28,072 bases of DNA from a virus (lineage: Duplodnaviria; Caudoviricetes), in the IMG/VR virus record IMGVR_UViG_3300042323_000377, positions 1 through 28,072 of that record; one strand, 5' to 3'. The notes below the pieces were generated by a model that was not told where the DNA came from, did not search any database, and saw only the letters and a list, made by a program, of their open reading frames with translations. Shown one piece after another: positions 6,968 through 15,002 of the stretch. Position numbers and translations under genes: made by a program. How positions within the stretch are numbered: the stretch's first letter is position 1; each line of letters opens with the position of its first letter.

Positions 6968-7237
6968 ATGAAATATCCTCTGGATAACATCGAAATCGAA
7001 CTCGGTAGCCGTACTGTAAAAGTCAGCGGTCACGCACACTACGAGGTCGAGGGCGGGTTCGCTCGCTTCACCAGCGTAAAGATTAAAGATTGGTCTTTTA
7101 TGGTAACGCCATACGACCCGAAGGTCGAAACGGGTCTGACCAAGGAAGACATCACGGCTCTCCAAGATTCTATCCTAGATAACTTAAACGAAAACTTTGA
7201 ACTCTGCGACTACCTCGCTGGAGAATACCTTTCCTAA
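6968..7237 (+). CDS. Phage hypothetical protein (89 aa), paralog of 8114-8377
   Basis: AAATCCTAATCCT-ATG leader; aligns by eye with 8114-8377. Confidence 0.8.
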   Translation: MKYPLDNIEIELGSRTVKVSGHAHYEVEGGFARFTSVKIKDWSFMVTPYDPKVETGLTKEDITALQDSILDNLNENFELCDYLAGEYLS

Positions 7238-7253
7238 CCCAAAATAAAGCCAA

Positions 7254-7562
7254 ATGAAAATCAAAGATAACCACTCCTGCTGGATTCTAAACACGACCCT
7301 CGTAGACAACGAAGGCAAGTGCCTCGACCAGCAGTTCTATCAGCACACAAGCAGTATCGATATGCTCAAACTTCTTGTTGACCGCAAGAAGACCAAGGTT
7401 ATCTGGGAAACTGAAAAAGGTTCTGTTGTTAAGTACCACCTTTTCCTCATTCAGATTTGCAGTTACGGCTCTGCTGGTGTCCTCGCCAGCGACACCAATT
7501 CAGAAGAATTGCTTGAGTTACACGCAAAGGAAGAACAGGCTCTCATCGATGCCCAATCCTAA
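7254..7562 (+). CDS. Phage hypothetical protein (102 aa)
   Basis: Tightly packed co-oriented ORF. Confidence 0.75.
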   Translation: MKIKDNHSCWILNTTLVDNEGKCLDQQFYQHTSSIDMLKLLVDRKKTKVIWETEKGSVVKYHLFLIQICSYGSAGVLASDTNSEELLELHAKEEQALIDAQS

Positions 7563-7563
7563 A

Positions 7564-7809
7564 ATGCAAAACCACAGCATCCTCGTCCTCGGCAAGTCCA
7601 TTGCGGTTACTGATAAAACAGTATTCCGTGTGGAGGAGTCTAGGAATTCTAAAGCCACATATGAGGGGATGTTCTCCTCTACTGACCCCGTGAAGGCTAT
7701 CCGCTACTACAACTCCACCTGTGAGGCTGTCCGCAAGGCTGGCTTCCGTGTCCGTCTGGTCAAGGACGGGGACGAGTTCTCTGTCATCGCCAAGAAGACC
7801 TTCGCCTAA
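7564..7809 (+). CDS. Phage hypothetical protein (MQNHSIL..., 81 aa)
   Basis: ATG 1 nt after the previous stop. Confidence 0.75.
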   Translation: MQNHSILVLGKSIAVTDKTVFRVEESRNSKATYEGMFSSTDPVKAIRYYNSTCEAVRKAGFRVRLVKDGDEFSVIAKKTFA

Positions 7810-7810
7810 T

Positions 7811-8041
7811 ATGGATACCAAGACAATCAAAATGCTGATTAAAATCGCTGAAGCGAACCTCAAGGTCGCTCGCAGGGAGTTTAATGAAATCAAGAATAAC
7901 CCCCACAACAATGAAGAGTGGGAGTGGGAAGACCAACTTGAGGAGGCTGGTAACGAGTCCTACGCCTGTGAGGAGGTCGTGCGATTCCTTAAAGCCAACC
8001 TTGAGCGAGTCTCCTACATCGAATCCCAAGAATCCAAATGA
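7811..8041 (+). CDS. Phage hypothetical protein (MDTKTIK..., 76 aa)
   Basis: ATG 1 nt after the previous stop. Confidence 0.75.
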   Translation: MDTKTIKMLIKIAEANLKVARREFNEIKNNPHNNEEWEWEDQLEEAGNESYACEEVVRFLKANLERVSYIESQESK

Positions 8042-8075
8042 TACTGAACTAACTTCCCATATAAAGTCAGAGTTC

Positions 8076-8114
8076 ACAAGGCTCACCAGATATGGCTGGT
8101 GGGCTTTGTTATTT
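8076..8114 (+). terminator. Terminator between convergent genes
   Basis: ACAAGGCTCACCAG/CTGGTGGGCTTTGT hairpin followed by TATTTT. Confidence 0.75.
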
Positions 8115-8377
8115 TAGATAATCTTCCCGCCTAAGACACGGCACAGGTGGGAGTCCTTGTTTAAGGCTTCGACCACGCTGTCGGACATATAGCCTAGGAC
8201 TTCCTTAGAGGTCACATAGCCGTCCTTGCCCAGAGCGTCATAGAGTTCAGCGGACTCAAACAGGGCTTGCTTGCCGTCCTCTTCGTAGTCTTCGATTGTG
8301 TATCCAGCAGAGCCATTGACCAACAGGTCAAGTCCTTCGTGCTTGATGTTTAGGTTTTTGAATCTGTATTGGAACAT
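8114..8377 (-). CDS. Phage hypothetical protein (87 aa), paralog of 6968-7237
   Basis: Own TTGACA-ga-GTAATAC element at 8416-8402; similarity to 6968-7237. Confidence 0.8.
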   Translation of the reverse strand: MFQYRFKNLNIKHEGLDLLVNGSAGYTIEDYEEDGKQALFESAELYDALGKDGYVTSKEVLGYMSDSVVEALNKDSHLCRVLGGKII

Positions 8378-8412
8378 ACAGAAGACCCAATAAACAAAGC
8401 AGTATTACTCTG

Positions 8413-8880
8413 TCAAGGTGATTCTTTGGCAGGGGGCAAATCAATGATATCGCCCTTCAGCATAGCGTTGATATCTTCGTGGCTGACCCTAAGCCTATGC
8501 TCTACGATGACTGTGGGAGCGTCCTGTAGGGCTAAGACCTTGTCGGTCATAATGGCGATGGCTAGGGGCAACTGACCAGCGGGAATATTCTCGATTTCTT
8601 CTAGGAGGCGGGTAGAGCCACGGCTGACAATCTGGGACATCAAAGTCGCAGTTTGCTTTTTCCAAGTGCCTAATTGGAATTCAGAATTGGACTCCATATT
8701 CTGTCGCATCGCAATCACAGTCGTGCGGTTCACCCCCGTGACTTGGTTAATCTCCGAAGCCCCAGAGCCGTCCTTGAGCATCTCCTGCACCTTCTCCTGC
8801 GTCTCCTTGGGCAGTCGCTTCCCCGTCCGTTTGTGGGTGGGGTTAGTAGATAGGCGTTCTGGGCTTGACTCGTAATCCAT
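8413..8880 (-). CDS. HTH DNA-binding protein, possibly terminase small subunit-like (155 aa)
   Basis: HTH-like segment VQEMLKDGSGASEINQVTGVNRTTV, helical middle, AIAIMTDK then a beta-like tail. Confidence 0.55.
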   Translation of the reverse strand: MDYESSPERLSTNPTHKRTGKRLPKETQEKVQEMLKDGSGASEINQVTGVNRTTVIAMRQNMESNSEFQLGTWKKQTATLMSQIVSRGSTRLLEEIENIPAGQLPLAIAIMTDKVLALQDAPTVIVEHRLRVSHEDINAMLKGDIIDLPPAKESP

Positions 8881-8941
8881 AAAATTATTTGTCATTATCC
8901 GTGTTGACGCTCGAAAAGCAAGCATAAAGGCTATACGGGCT

Positions 8942-9046
8942 ATGGAACTACTCGCATTAGGCTTTTTCGCTCTGGTTGCCCTGCAAGGGATTTTACTCCT
9001 TGTATGCTCAGTCGGTGCTTGCCTACCTACCAAGAAGAAGAAATGA
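8942..9046 (+). CDS. 34-aa membrane peptide MELLALGFFALVALQGILLLVCSVGACLPTKKKK
   Basis: Hydrophobic helix plus basic tail; ATGA overlap with the next gene. Confidence 0.6.
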   Translation: MELLALGFFALVALQGILLLVCSVGACLPTKKKK

Positions 9047-9408
9047 GAATTAAAACCAAAGACATCCCCGTTCTGCGGGAAAAGATAATCGCTGAACAGC
9101 AGGGCAAGTGCTGGCTGTGCGATATTGATTTAAAATTAGTCGTGCCGTGTCTAGACCACAATCACGAAACGGGTCACATCCGTGGGGTGCTTTGTGGAAA
9201 CTGTAATGGCATTGAAGGTAAGATTACTAATCTTGCCAGACGAGCCAAGCGTGATAAAACAAAATACGATTTCGTTGCCAAGGTGCTGTCGTATTGGAAT
9301 TTCTTTTCTGCCTGTCAGCGTAATGAGATTCACCCTACGCACAAGACGACAGATGAGAAGAGATTGAGACGAAATAAAAAAGCGAGAGAGAGACGAAAGA
9401 AAGGTTGA
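9043..9408 (+). CDS. Recombination endonuclease VII-like protein (T4 gp49 family)
   Basis: QQGKCWLC, LDHNH, IRGVLCGNCN motifs. Confidence 0.9.
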   Translation: MRIKTKDIPVLREKIIAEQQGKCWLCDIDLKLVVPCLDHNHETGHIRGVLCGNCNGIEGKITNLARRAKRDKTKYDFVAKVLSYWNFFSACQRNEIHPTHKTTDEKRLRRNKKARERRKKG

Positions 9409-9433
9409 CAGGCGTATTACCATTTGTTTCCCT
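9405..9433 (+). promoter_or_regulatory. Putative promoter with GTATTAC operator
   Basis: TTGACA-ggc-GTATTAC-catttgtttc. Confidence 0.55.
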
Positions 9434-9440
9434 AGCGGAG

Positions 9441-10256
9441 ATGAATAACAACCTCGCTCAAGGCAAAGACCCCGCATTCTGTGCGGGAATGACTGAAGCC
9501 GACTATCGCAAAGCCCTCGGACTCTCGCAGTCCTCGCTGAAGATTTTTCACAAAAGTCCAGCCCACTACCTCGCCTCCACGGAGGAACAGGCTGAACCCA
9601 CGGACGCTATGATTCTGGGTTCTGTCTTTCACGCTATGATGCTCCAGCCCGATGAGGCGAAGAACCTGTACGCTGTTAAACTCAAGGTAGATGGTCGCTC
9701 CAAGGAAGGTAAAGCCTACAACGAGAATTTTGCCGTGGAGAACGCTGGCAAGTTCATCATCAATGTGGAGCAGGAAGCCCAACTGCTGGCTATGCAGAAG
9801 AGCATCCTCAGCCACCCCAAGGCTTCTCAACTGCTGGCTGACAGCGACTACAAGGAACTACCTGTCTTCGGCACTTACCCCACGCCCTATGGCGATGTCC
9901 GCTTGAAGGGTCTGATTGATGCTTACGATTCTAAACTTGGATTCATCAACGATATCAAAACCTGTGAATCAGCATCGCCAGAAGATTTTAAGCGAGCCAT
10001 CTGGGACAGGAGATACGATTTTCAAGATGTGCAATATTCTTGGTTGCTGGAAAATGCTGGCAAGCCTGTCAATCAGTTTAATTTCATCTGTGTGGAGAAG
10101 AAGAGTCCTTGGGCGGTGGCGGTATACAGCATTTCCGCTGAGTCCCTGCTGAAGTCTGCTGGACGCTGGGAAGACCTCGTCATCGAGTACGGGGCTTGTA
10201 CCTCCTCTGGAATCTGGAAGGCGTACTCTGACGACATCATCGAACTGTCTCTATGA
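9441..10256 (+). CDS. RecE/exonuclease VIII-like PD-(D/E)XK nuclease (DUF3799-like)
   Basis: LSQSSLK..SPAHY, GSVFH, LKGLID, DIKT, Y..Q...Y, FICVEK..P motifs. Confidence 0.88.
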   Translation: MNNNLAQGKDPAFCAGMTEADYRKALGLSQSSLKIFHKSPAHYLASTEEQAEPTDAMILGSVFHAMMLQPDEAKNLYAVKLKVDGRSKEGKAYNENFAVENAGKFIINVEQEAQLLAMQKSILSHPKASQLLADSDYKELPVFGTYPTPYGDVRLKGLIDAYDSKLGFINDIKTCESASPEDFKRAIWDRRYDFQDVQYSWLLENAGKPVNQFNFICVEKKSPWAVAVYSISAESLLKSAGRWEDLVIEYGACTSSGIWKAYSDDIIELSL

Positions 10257-10924
10257 GCGAACCGAAGTTCACGGGAGTCTGGATTCCTGCTGGGGTGTTC
10301 CAGCACACCACCATTAGCATCACCGCTAAGGTGGTCTACGGGGTCGTAGAAGCCCTTGACAATGACGATGGGTGCTTCGCATCCAATGCCTACCTGTCTC
10401 GCCACCTTGGGCTAGGGGAGAGGCAAGTCCGAAACATCCTACAGGAACTCGATGAGGCTAATCTGATTACCCGTGTCGAGGTCGATGGTCGCAGGGTCAT
10501 CCGTACTGTCGAGAAGACTGCGATTGTAAATGCTCTTGGGGAGGCAAAGAATTGCCTAGGGGGGAGGAAAAATATTGCCACGGGGGGTGGCAAAAAATTG
10601 CCTACATATAACAAAGAAGATAATAAAGGAGATAAAGATACAGTCAAACAGCAGATTTGGATTGCCCGTTTACCCTTTGGTTCTGAGGCTTTCCTTACGG
10701 CTTGGAAGTCTTGGGTAGCCTATCGCAAGGAGATGAAGAAGACCCTTACCGACTCCAGCGTACAGGCTCAATGCAAGGAGTTCGTCCTGTGGGGCGAAGC
10801 CAAGTCAATCGCCAGCATCGAGCAGTCCATCAAGCAGGGCTGGCAGGGTCTCTTTGAACCCAAGCAAGTATTTGGCAAAGGTAATACAAATGTCTTGACC
10901 GCCAGAGACCACGAAGCATTCTAA
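10253..10924 (+). CDS. Phage replication initiator (N-terminal winged HTH)
   Basis: GCFASNAYLSRHLGLGERQVRNILQEL; internal iterons; C-terminal W..W..YRK...IEQSI..GWQGLF; DnaC-like gene downstream. Confidence 0.85.
   Translation: MSEPKFTGVWIPAGVFQHTTISITAKVVYGVVEALDNDDGCFASNAYLSRHLGLGERQVRNILQELDEANLITRVEVDGRRVIRTVEKTAIVNALGEAKNCLGGRKNIATGGGKKLPTYNKEDNKGDKDTVKQQIWIARLPFGSEAFLTAWKSWVAYRKEMKKTLTDSSVQAQCKEFVLWGEAKSIASIEQSIKQGWQGLFEPKQVFGKGNTNVLTARDHEAF
10543..10645. other. Putative replication origin: three iterons plus A-rich tract
   Basis: GGCAAAGAATTGCC (10543), GGAAAAATATTGCC (10566), GGCAAAAAATTGCC (10589), exact 23-bp period with G-run spacers, then an A-rich stretch. Confidence 0.75.
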
Positions 10925-10931
10925 TAGCACT

Positions 10932-11168
10932 ATGAACCCAGAAGTAATCAATCGCCTTGGCTATGGGGCTTGGGCTGAGAACATCATCGTGAACTACATC
11001 GAGGACTACAGCGATGTAATCAAGTCCAGCAACGGCAACCACAGCATCGAGCGTGAACACTACACCATCAATGCTAGTTGGAATGACTGCTCGCTCTCGA
11101 TTACTGTCCGTGCCTATGTGGACGGGGACGGATGGCAGACCTTTGACCAGAACATCAAGATTAAATAA
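10932..11168 (+). CDS. Phage hypothetical protein (78 aa)
   Basis: Co-oriented packed ORF. Confidence 0.7.
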   Translation: MNPEVINRLGYGAWAENIIVNYIEDYSDVIKSSNGNHSIEREHYTINASWNDCSLSITVRAYVDGDGWQTFDQNIKIK

Positions 11169-11169
11169 T

Positions 11170-11325
11170 ATGAAACCCGTATCCCTAGAAGTGTCTATGA
11201 TGAAACGCATTGGCGAACTCAACAAGGAGAACGCTTTTCTTAGGTCAGAGATTGAGCGACTGAAGAACAATGTCGCTTACCTTGACAAGAAACTTGACGA
11301 AGAACTAGACAGGAAAAACAAATGA
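11170..11325 (+). CDS. Small coiled-coil protein (MKPVSLE..., 51 aa)
   Basis: ATG 1 nt after the previous stop; ATGA overlap with the next gene. Confidence 0.7.
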   Translation: MKPVSLEVSMMKRIGELNKENAFLRSEIERLKNNVAYLDKKLDEELDRKNK

Positions 11326-11996
11326 GCGAGATTGCCTGTCATTGCGGACGCAGGGGTGCGTTGTTCGCCAAGAACGATGGCTCTCTGAAGTTGGTTCGCT
11401 GGCATCATTGCCGTGAGCATCTGGACAAGGAGCGAGTTGCCTACGCTGGGCTGATTGACTCGACCATTCCCCCCGCCATCCCTCAGATTTTCTTAGATAC
11501 GGATGTGACCCGCCTCCACCCCAAGATTCAGACTGCCCTCGATTGGAAGCCCGAAGGGGATGTCTCTGGACTCCTCCTGCACGGCACAACAGGCGTAGGC
11601 AAGACCCGTGGCATCTGGGAAATCATCAAGCGTCTCTGGGCTGAGGAGACCAAGAAGGACAAGCAACTTAACTTTGAATTCCTCACGATGCGGAAACTAG
11701 AAACTGTAATCGAGAAGGGCTTTGAAGACCGCAAGCACGGCTCTGCCATCGACTACCTTATCTCCTGCCCCCTGCTCATCCTCGATGACTTCGGCAAGGA
11801 GCGTCTGACCCAGCGTATGGCTTCTGACATCTTCGCTATCGTGGACGAGCGTAGCACCAGCCGTAGGGCTACCATCATCAGCACGAACTTCAACGGCTCT
11901 ACCCTTCTGGAGCGATTCGACAATCGTGACAAAGAGACGGGCGTTGCCCTAATCCGAAGATTAAAGGATTATTACAGGGGCGTTGGAGTAGGTTAA
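11322..11996 (+). CDS. DnaC/IstB-like AAA+ ATPase (helicase loader)
   Basis: Walker A GTTGVGKT, Walker B LLILDDFGKE, TIISTN, N-terminal Cys/His. Confidence 0.9.
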   Translation: MSEIACHCGRRGALFAKNDGSLKLVRWHHCREHLDKERVAYAGLIDSTIPPAIPQIFLDTDVTRLHPKIQTALDWKPEGDVSGLLLHGTTGVGKTRGIWEIIKRLWAEETKKDKQLNFEFLTMRKLETVIEKGFEDRKHGSAIDYLISCPLLILDDFGKERLTQRMASDIFAIVDERSTSRRATIISTNFNGSTLLERFDNRDKETGVALIRRLKDYYRGVGVG

Positions 11997-12042
11997 CTTT
12001 CCTGCTTGCATCAGTAATACCATTTCTTTCTATCAGCAACCT

Positions 12043-12522
12043 ATGAAACGCCTATTCGCACTCCTGCTCAGTTACGCTTCTGTCGAAGCAAGGTCTATCA
12101 TCACGGAAGATTACTTAGACAAGGTCGCAATGATTGAATCCAACTTTAACTACGAAGCCGTTGGTGACAAGGGCAAGGCTATCGGAGCGTGGCAGATGCA
12201 CGAAGATAGTTGGCGTGAGTCCTGTCAGCGTCTTGCTCGAAAGGACTGTGCTGGCTTCAGTCCGTGGGATGACTTCTCCAAGAACCACAAAAAGTTCGCA
12301 ACCGACCCTCTGGTCAGCCGACTCGTAGCCAAAATGTACTTACAGATTCTTGAGACCCAGATGAATAACTCCAAGATTAAGGTCACGCCTATCTCCCTTT
12401 ATATGGCTTACAATATGGGCTTCCAAGGTGCATACAACAAAGACTTCAACTTCAAGTCTTTTTACCTTGACGGCAAACGCAGAGGCATCCTTGCCCGTGC
12501 CAACCAAATCCTTTCCCGATGA
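12043..12522 (+). CDS. Lysozyme-superfamily/lytic transglycosylase-like protein with signal peptide
   Basis: IES catalytic Glu, AVGDKGKAIGAWQM, AYNMG; N-terminus MKRLFALLLSYASVEA. Confidence 0.8.
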   Translation: MKRLFALLLSYASVEARSIITEDYLDKVAMIESNFNYEAVGDKGKAIGAWQMHEDSWRESCQRLARKDCAGFSPWDDFSKNHKKFATDPLVSRLVAKMYLQILETQMNNSKIKVTPISLYMAYNMGFQGAYNKDFNFKSFYLDGKRRGILARANQILSR

Positions 12523-12695
12523 AGAAAACTAACACCAAGAAACGAACCCGTAACCACGAACTTATGCTCACACTCCGTGTGTCTAAGTCGCTGTTCAACT
12601 TACTCAACAAAGTGTCAAGCAGAATCTCAATGACTCGCTCAGATTATGTGAGAACTATTTTGCAGAGAGATGTTGACACACACCCCCTCTCGTAA
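12519..12695 (+). CDS. Ribbon-helix-helix (CopG/Arc-like) regulator, 58 aa
   Basis: Manual translation MKKTNTKKRTRNHELMLTLRVSKSLFNLLNKVSSRISMTRSDYVRTILQRDVDTHPLS: alternating strand LTLRV, helix, TRSDYVR helix; ATGA overlap; below the ORF-track cutoff. Confidence 0.8.
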   Translation: MKKTNTKKRTRNHELMLTLRVSKSLFNLLNKVSSRISMTRSDYVRTILQRDVDTHPLS

Positions 12696-12707
12696 TACTA
12701 CCTAACT

Positions 12708-13511
12708 ATGTTCACCGAATCACTCTTCACCTACACACCAAATAAAATGCACGACAACAACCCCGAACAACAAGTCAGTCTCATCAAGGCTCTCGTAGCC
12801 TTTGTGTCTGAAGCCCAAGATGTCCACGCTGACAGCGACAATCCATTTCATAAGTCACGCTATGCCAGTCTCCAAGCCCACCTCATCGCCCTTAAGCCTC
12901 TCGCTAAGAAGCACGGACTCGCCATCATCCAGATGCCCATCGGTGACATCGATGCTGTCGGTATCCGTAACATCATCATCCACGAAGACGGAGGTATGCT
13001 TTCGTGCAACGCTCTCGTCCCTGCTGAGAAGGGTATGTCTGGTCAGCAAGCGGGTAGCCTGTATTCTTATGTCCGTAGATACAGCCTTGCTTCCATTGCT
13101 GGAATTGCAACTGAGGATGACGATGCGGAATCCGACCGCCTCGCTAAGACTTCTACTAAGTCTGCTCCTAAGAAGGAGTATGTTAAACTCGAAACGAAGC
13201 CGACTGCTTCTGGAACAAAGTTCATTCCTAACCCCACAGCCAAAGCCCCTGCTGGCGGTGAAGCCGTTGCTCCTTTCGGTGACCTCAAGGGAACTCCCCT
13301 GTCCCAACTCCCGCTGAAGTCTGCTGACCGAAGCGTCAAGTTCGGTGACCTCAATTACTTCGCTAATGTCTGGAAACCCAAGCCCTTCGGTGACAACACC
13401 GAAATCAGCCCCCGTGACCTCCGTGTCAAGGCTGAGGCTGAACGCCTCTGGGCTATCGCCAACGGAGACATCGAGCCTCCGACTGTAACCCAAGACGAAG
13501 TACCCTTCTAA
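12708..13511 (+). CDS. ERF-family single-strand annealing protein (start may be 12747)
   Basis: NPFHKSRYASL and GSLYSYVRRYSLASIAGIATEDDD motifs; acidic tail DEVPF. Confidence 0.92.
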   Translation: MFTESLFTYTPNKMHDNNPEQQVSLIKALVAFVSEAQDVHADSDNPFHKSRYASLQAHLIALKPLAKKHGLAIIQMPIGDIDAVGIRNIIIHEDGGMLSCNALVPAEKGMSGQQAGSLYSYVRRYSLASIAGIATEDDDAESDRLAKTSTKSAPKKEYVKLETKPTASGTKFIPNPTAKAPAGGEAVAPFGDLKGTPLSQLPLKSADRSVKFGDLNYFANVWKPKPFGDNTEISPRDLRVKAEAERLWAIANGDIEPPTVTQDEVPF

Positions 13512-13529
13512 TCCCTAAACACAAATCCT

Positions 13530-13730
13530 ATGTCCCTACAAGCCAAGCAATATAACGACACGCAGTACATCATCCTCAGCGATGGTCGTGTCGCTCGTCT
13601 ATTAAAGCCCACAAAGATTCACCAGCAGACCTACATCAATTTCATCATCGACAAGAAAATGAAGCGGGTGAACACGCAGGAACTGGCGAAGATGTTTGCT
13701 GAAGCAGACGAGAATGGAAAGACCTATTAA
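13530..13730 (+). CDS. Phage hypothetical protein (66 aa)
   Basis: ACAAATCCT-ATG leader. Confidence 0.75.
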   Translation: MSLQAKQYNDTQYIILSDGRVARLLKPTKIHQQTYINFIIDKKMKRVNTQELAKMFAEADENGKTY

Positions 13731-14085
13731 GTCCCACGGGCTTTCCTACTTACGCCACGCTGTCAGTCACAGAAACAAGAAACTGAATTACATCAGTCTC
13801 CCTGTGGATAAAGCACAAGAAATCCTAGACGCATCTAACGGCTTCCAACCCACGCACGGAGAGTATACTCTTAGGAGTAACTCCGTCAAGGGGGCGGCTG
13901 TGGTGCTGGCTATGGATGTCAAGGAACTCATCGAGCGTCTGAACTGCCCTACCCCATCCAAGATTCTAAACGACTTGGCTGAGGCTAAGTGCCGACTGAA
14001 GGCAATGTCTGAGGCTGGGGATGTCCTAGCCCGCACCGCCAGCAAGGAAGCCATCAAGGAATGGGTGCGAGCGAAGTCCCTATGA
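13714..14085 (+). CDS. Phage hypothetical protein (MERPIK...)
   Basis: Overlapping co-oriented ORF. Confidence 0.7.
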   Translation: MERPIKSHGLSYLRHAVSHRNKKLNYISLPVDKAQEILDASNGFQPTHGEYTLRSNSVKGAAVVLAMDVKELIERLNCPTPSKILNDLAEAKCRLKAMSEAGDVLARTASKEAIKEWVRAKSL

Positions 14086-14375
14086 CCCTCCTTGAAGCCT
14101 ATCGCCTTGCCCTCATCGAAGGGCTGACTGCCAAGCAAGCGGGTGCTAAGTTCAATCTTAACCCCCAGAGCATCGCCAAATGCAAGACTAGATATAACCT
14201 CCCCACGCTGAGGAACGAGTGGGATGCTGGCTATGAAGAGAAGTTAGGAAAGTTCAGCGACAAGCAGTTGCTCCACTACCACGACCTTCTTTCTCTGCCT
14301 AAGAATTATAAGTCTGCCCGTGAACTCAGCGTCTGCAAGCGTCTGCTTCAGAGCCGAATGCTATGTCCGAACTAA
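14082..14375 (+). CDS. Hypothetical protein with HTH-like N-terminus
   Basis: EGLTAKQAGAKFNLNPQSIAK; ATGA overlap. Confidence 0.65.
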   Translation: MTLLEAYRLALIEGLTAKQAGAKFNLNPQSIAKCKTRYNLPTLRNEWDAGYEEKLGKFSDKQLLHYHDLLSLPKNYKSARELSVCKRLLQSRMLCPN

Positions 14376-14572
14376 ACGACTATGCAAAACAGTTACTCAG
14401 TCGTAGACCTAGAGGAAGAGTCCAAGGCTCGCACAGAGGCGGTAGCGTATTGGCTGGAAAACTGCCAACGGCTTGGGAGGTTTCTAGAGCCACCGAAGAG
14501 TTACAACGCAACAAAGAACGCTGGGCTATCCTTCTTGCTAAACCTCTGAACAAATGGAAACCCCAACAGTAG
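14363..14572 (+). CDS. Phage hypothetical protein (69 aa)
   Basis: Fills the gap in the operon. Confidence 0.6.
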   Translation: MSELNDYAKQLLSRRPRGRVQGSHRGGSVLAGKLPTAWEVSRATEELQRNKERWAILLAKPLNKWKPQQ

Positions 14573-14799
14573 TATTCTACGAACACAGTTTCGATGACAC
14601 TTTGATTCAGAGCCTGTCAAAGAATGTTCTCAATCTAGGAAACGAGTGCCGTGCCTTGGCTGAGGAGAACAAGCGTCTCAAAGAAGAGAACGAGATGCTT
14701 AAGGGCAGGGTTAACTACTGGAAGATTGAGGCTGAGTGCGACCACGGACGCTGGTTGCGGACGCTGGAAGACCTAGAACATCTCCGTAATCTAAAATGA
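14554..14799 (+). CDS. Phage coiled-coil hypothetical protein (81 aa)
   Basis: LAEENKRLKEENEMLK heptads. Confidence 0.7.
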   Translation: METPTVVFYEHSFDDTLIQSLSKNVLNLGNECRALAEENKRLKEENEMLKGRVNYWKIEAECDHGRWLRTLEDLEHLRNLK

Positions 14800-15002
14800 T
14801 TCACGAATTCCGTAACCCTATCCCTGTGCATACCGACATCGGCTATGGCTGGCTGATGTATGTGCGGGATGGTGGCACTTGGTCTAACGATATCTTTGCT
14901 ATCGTGCTGGAGCAAGACGGGGTCATCCGTCATATGCGTACAGACCAGTTCAAGGTTCTACAGAATCCAACTTTTGACATCAAGAACAAATCCGATGTTT
15001 AA
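14796..15002 (+). CDS. Phage hypothetical protein (68 aa)
   Basis: ATGA overlap; beta-rich. Confidence 0.75.
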   Translation: MIHEFRNPIPVHTDIGYGWLMYVRDGGTWSNDIFAIVLEQDGVIRHMRTDQFKVLQNPTFDIKNKSDV

